From Camelus dromedarius (taxonomy: Eukaryota): 64,000 bases of DNA. Of the stretch, positions 60,261 through 64,000 are shown one piece after another; the stretch's first letter is position 1, and each line of letters starts with the position of its first letter. Below the pieces are notes generated by a model, which saw only the letters and a program-made list of their open reading frames with translations, was not told the DNA's origin and ran no database searches. Location: positions 4,154,001 through 4,218,000 of the forward strand of contig NC_087469.1 of assembly GCF_036321535.1 (NCBI RefSeq). Reading direction: 5' to 3'. Position numbers and translations under genes: made by a program.

Positions 60261-63145
60261 AATGCTATGCTACTTTTCACATTAAGAAGGATACAGTAAA
60301 ACCTCCTCGGCAGAACAGCATTAGAGAGAATGTGTTTAAAGGACCTAGCATAGCTCTTGACGCAGAGCAGGTGTTCAGAAAAGTGGTGGGTATTCTTACC
60401 ATTTATGCCGTAGCATCCGCTTTTGTTGGAAGACCAGAGCTGTGGTTAATATGCGTGTAAAGTACTGTTTGGAACCTCAAAGCAGTTTTGCAGCAGAGAC
60501 AACTTAACTTCTATTCACCAAAGTTAAGGTTAATGACCGAAAGAAGGTTGTGGTTACTTTAGTAAAATTATGTTGGCCTAATGAAAAATACTTGTTCTCA
60601 TCTGCCCCTGCGTATTTAATTTTTCCAGTCATTTTAAATCTTGGCCTGATGAAATGTGACAAATGATGTACTGATTCAAACATATTTGTTGAGCACCTGT
60701 TATTCTGAGTCCAACAATTCTGAACTCTTACAACTCCCTGCATAGAACGCAGTTCAGACCTGAGCTCCCTAAGTCCACTGTCCTCTTTGCCTCCTTTCCT
60801 CCTTCAGAGGACTCCGCTGAGCGTGGGTTTCAGGTTGGGCAAAGACTCAGCCCCTGGAACACCCCTGTCGTAGCGCCTGTCTCTACCAGCCTGCAAGCTC
60901 CTCCTCCTCTTCCACTCTTCTCTTTTTTTCCTAAAAGATTCTTGAAGGCATGAGGCTCCTCATGGCCCCACAACAGTCCAGTGCCTGCACTCAACTTATT
61001 GTTGAGCTGACTGTGTGACACAGGACATCCCCGAGGAGACCAGAGTTGGAGGTGTGTGGGAGAGTCGGGGAAAGCTTCCTAGAAAAGGTGATGCTTGAGA
61101 TGAGATTGAAGAGGAGATGGCAGGCAGAGGGAGGTAGAGTGGCTGGAAAACGTGGTACGTTTGGGGCACTGCACATGGTTTGGATGAACTGAAACATGGC
61201 GTGGTGAATGTGGGGAGGAGTGAGTGAAGCTGGAGAAGAGGTAAAGTAAAGGCTGGCACAAGACAGACTTAGACGCAGCTAAGGAGATTGGATTTTGCTT
61301 GAGGATAATGACAGCGCACTGAAGGAATTTAAGCAGGAATGCATGGAGGGTGGGTGGAGGGTGAGATACAGGGAGATGGGTTAGGAGTTTTGTACCCAAA
61401 CCAAGTAATCAGATCCCAGATGTTACCCTTAGTGCCTTTCTGGTCTTCACTGCTTTTCCCGGAGCAGAGTGATTTGCTTTAGAGGTGCCGTTTGCCTGGT
61501 CTGCCTCACACAGTGTCGTGGCTGTACCGGGGGAGCAGACCTCGACGGGAGTCTGACCCATGTTAAGGCGGAAGGTGCAGCTACCTCTTTTCTGCAGGGT
61601 GACTTGAATAGCAAGAGGCCCTGGGTAAATGCCTGGACCACTTTTTCTGGGCTTCATGACCAGGTCTGCTATCCTAGCTTGGGGACATTGGAGAAGTTAC
61701 ATAATTTCTCTGAACCTCATCCATAGAATGGATAAGATAGCGACCTCGCTTTCGTGCTTTTGTGAGAACTGAATTAGACGATGATCATAAAAAAGATAAT
61801 GACCATTTAGTAAGCATCAATCGTGTGACAGGCTGTGTTCCAGGTACATTATTAACTCTTTAAAACACATTATAAAACACCAAAATTAGTGTTTAGTTTG
61901 TGATAGGACTCCATAAACATCAGATTCCTCCCCCCACCTCCTGCTGATCATCGCACTTCCTGCAGTTTGTCAGTAGCTCATGGATTATTGCCTGAGCACT
62001 GGTTTCCAAAGGACTTTATTTATTCCCACAGATTGACAGAGAGAGAGAAAATAGGGAAGATTTAATTTAAGCTCAGGAAGCAGCCAGTGAGTAATTTCCA
62101 ATATCATTTCATTAAGGAAGTACTTGAAGCTTAGAAATCAACTGTACATTAACCAAATTATAATTTAATAGCATTAGCCCTTGAACTTAATTTTTAGGTT
62201 CTGGGTCGTGGGCTTCTGCAGAAACCAGACAGAGCTGCTGCCTGTACTGTGACATTGTTCATGTGCTATTTTGATATTTAGTGCCCATCTTCAGACCAAA
62301 TAATCAGACAAAAACACCTGAATATAAAAGCTCTGTGTAAAATGGAATCTATAAGTTTGTCTAAGGGTTGAGATGAGTTACATTTCCTGCTTGGGTCCGA
62401 AAGGCTTCTGATGGTACTGGGTCCTAGCTTTGTCTGAAAATAAATGAAAGCCACTCTCCCCAAGTCTTCAGGAACACTGTTCATCACAGCCCGTTCTTTT
62501 TTCTTCTTTGTGCAGGTTTCAGATAACAAGATCCTCTTTGACACTGTAAAGGGTGGATTAAAACGAACTCTGTAGCAATCCCAGGATTATAGGCTCAGGA
62601 GAATAAATCTGGGGTTGATTTCAGCTAAGCCTCATTATGAAGAAAGCAGCTATGGGAGAGGCGGTTCTGAGCTTGGTTTACTGTGGATTCCTGATTCCCC
62701 AAGATCAGTTCTTACCAGTATCACAGTCCATTATGCATACAGGACATGAGTGATTGTTCCTGAGAAGCACGGTGGGTTGCTGGCAGCAGTGATTACATTT
62801 GATGAAAACTGGCTGCAGTTCTGGTCCAGCCCTTATCCTGGTCAACAGAGCAAAACGCAAGCAAAGCAGGAGTCACAATCACTGAAACACTCATCTGTGT
62901 CTCTGTGTCTACCCTGCCACCCAGGTTAGAGATTAGCTCATCCCTGGAGGCTGGTGTAAAACTAGGAATTTGAGAACATGTTGCATGTCTGACCATCTTT
63001 CTTTCTTTCCTTAAAACTTTCTCCTTCTCCCTCTGGATATAGATCGCCCACCATGGCCCAATCTCACATGCTGCCTTAGAGGGTGCAGGGCAGAGGGTAA
63101 GAATAATATGTAACCTTTTCCTAATTTCCACCTTTCATTTTCCAG

Positions 63146-63275
63146 CAACAGCTGCAGGCATACGTGGCCTGGGTGAATGCACAGCTGAAGAAGAGGCCAG
63201 CGGTGAAGCCTGTGCAGGACCTGAGACAGGACCTCCGGGATGGGGTGATCCTGGCGTATCTCATCGAGATTGTTG
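63146..63275 (+). CDS. DIXDC1: DIXDC1 coding exon 2 (130 bp), start of the calponin-homology domain; gene continues beyond the right edge
   Basis: cattttccag|CAA CAG CTG ... GTT G|gtcagt; QQLQAYVAWVNAQLKKRPAVKPVQDLRQDLRDGVILAYLIEIV. Confidence 0.95.
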
Positions 63276-63457
63276 GTCAGTTCGCCCTGGATTCTGTTAC
63301 TAGCATAAACCAGCACGTGGCCTCTTTTATCCTCCACGTGCCCTTCAGAGCAGATGTCTTCTCCTTTAATACATATGGGAATGGAAGTAGAGAAGACTTA
63401 AAATACTTGCCCAAGGTTAATTTCGGTCAATAAACACTGAGTGGCGGGCGCTGTATT

Positions 63458-63539
63458 AACCGGATTGGGAGAGTTTTGAGAGCACACACCGTGATGATAC
63501 GGGCACGGTGTGTGCTCTCAAAAGTCTCCCAATCCGGTT
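63458..63539. repeat. Near-perfect inverted repeat: 36-bp arms, one mismatch, 10-nt loop
   Basis: 63458-63493 is the reverse complement of 63504-63539 except for one G/G pair (63473/63524). Confidence 0.97.
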
Positions 63540-63949
63540 GGAAAGCCTGGAAAGTAAAGTCACTTCCATTAATGTCCTCAGTACTCTGATGGGACAAGTA
63601 CAGATGGGAGCACGGGGTGGGGGCCCCCAGCCCAGTCTTAGGGGTTCAGGGATAGCTTGCCAGAAGAACTGATGTCTAAACGGAGGCTGGGAAAGGAAGT
63701 GGTGGCCAGGCAAAAAGAAGGTGTGTTACCAGCAAAAGGAGCCCTGTACGATATTCACTACCATGATGCTCCACGAGAGGGTTTGTCCCCTTGAAGCCCC
63801 GGAGTTGCTGCCGGCCGTTCTTATTAGATTGTGCCATAATCATATTTCCATGGCATTTGCCCGTAGCCCTGGACAGATTTCTCTCATCAAATGGTAATTG
63901 TTTACCTATCTCCCCTGTATAGATTGAGCCCTTTAAGAGCAGGTACAGG

Positions 63950-64000
63950 GCATGCATGAGGTCCTGGGTTCAATCCCCAGTACCTCAGTTGAAAAAAAAT
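63950..64000 (+). mobile_element. Partial Vic-1-type SINE at the window edge
   Basis: gcatgcatgaggtcctgggttcaatccccagtacctc followed by an A run, matching the SINE at 764. Confidence 0.7.

Noticed and set aside
63458-63539. Calling the hairpin a microRNA gene
   Set aside because: No recognised miRNA sequence and no expression evidence; kept only as an unexplained inverted repeat.

Overview
Mammalian genomic DNA, probably camelid (Vic-1-type tRNA-derived SINEs; no Alu, B1, Bov-tA or PRE1 seen). Gene order matches human 11q23.1: ALG9 (-, coding exons 1-3, continues off the left edge), FDXACB1 (-, 5 exons, 623 aa), CFAP68/C11orf1 (+, 4 coding exons, 170 aa), CRYAB (-, 3 exons, exon 3 mostly N), HSPB2 (+, 2 exons, 182 aa), C11orf52 (+, 4 exons, 124 aa) and the 5' part of DIXDC1 (+; two alternative first coding exons and the first calponin-homology exon). 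Exons were assembled by hand from GT-AG boundaries and reading phase. Orthology and repeat-family calls rest on recalled sequences, not on a database search. There are five CpG-rich promoter regions, two head-to-head gene pairs, many L1/L2/MIR/LTR/DNA-transposon relics and four N runs. No CRISPR, rRNA or true tRNA gene is present. This is a known conserved locus and I cannot show a wholly new system. The best leads are: an in-frame FDXACB1 exon 4 to ALG9 exon 2 read-through fusion; a dually acylated ITIM/ITSM/PDZ adaptor layout in C11orf52; an unexplained 35/36-bp hairpin in DIXDC1 intron 2; an upstream DIXDC1 promoter with its own N-terminal exon directly behind the C11orf52 polyA signal; and an L1 copy lacking almost all of ORF2.
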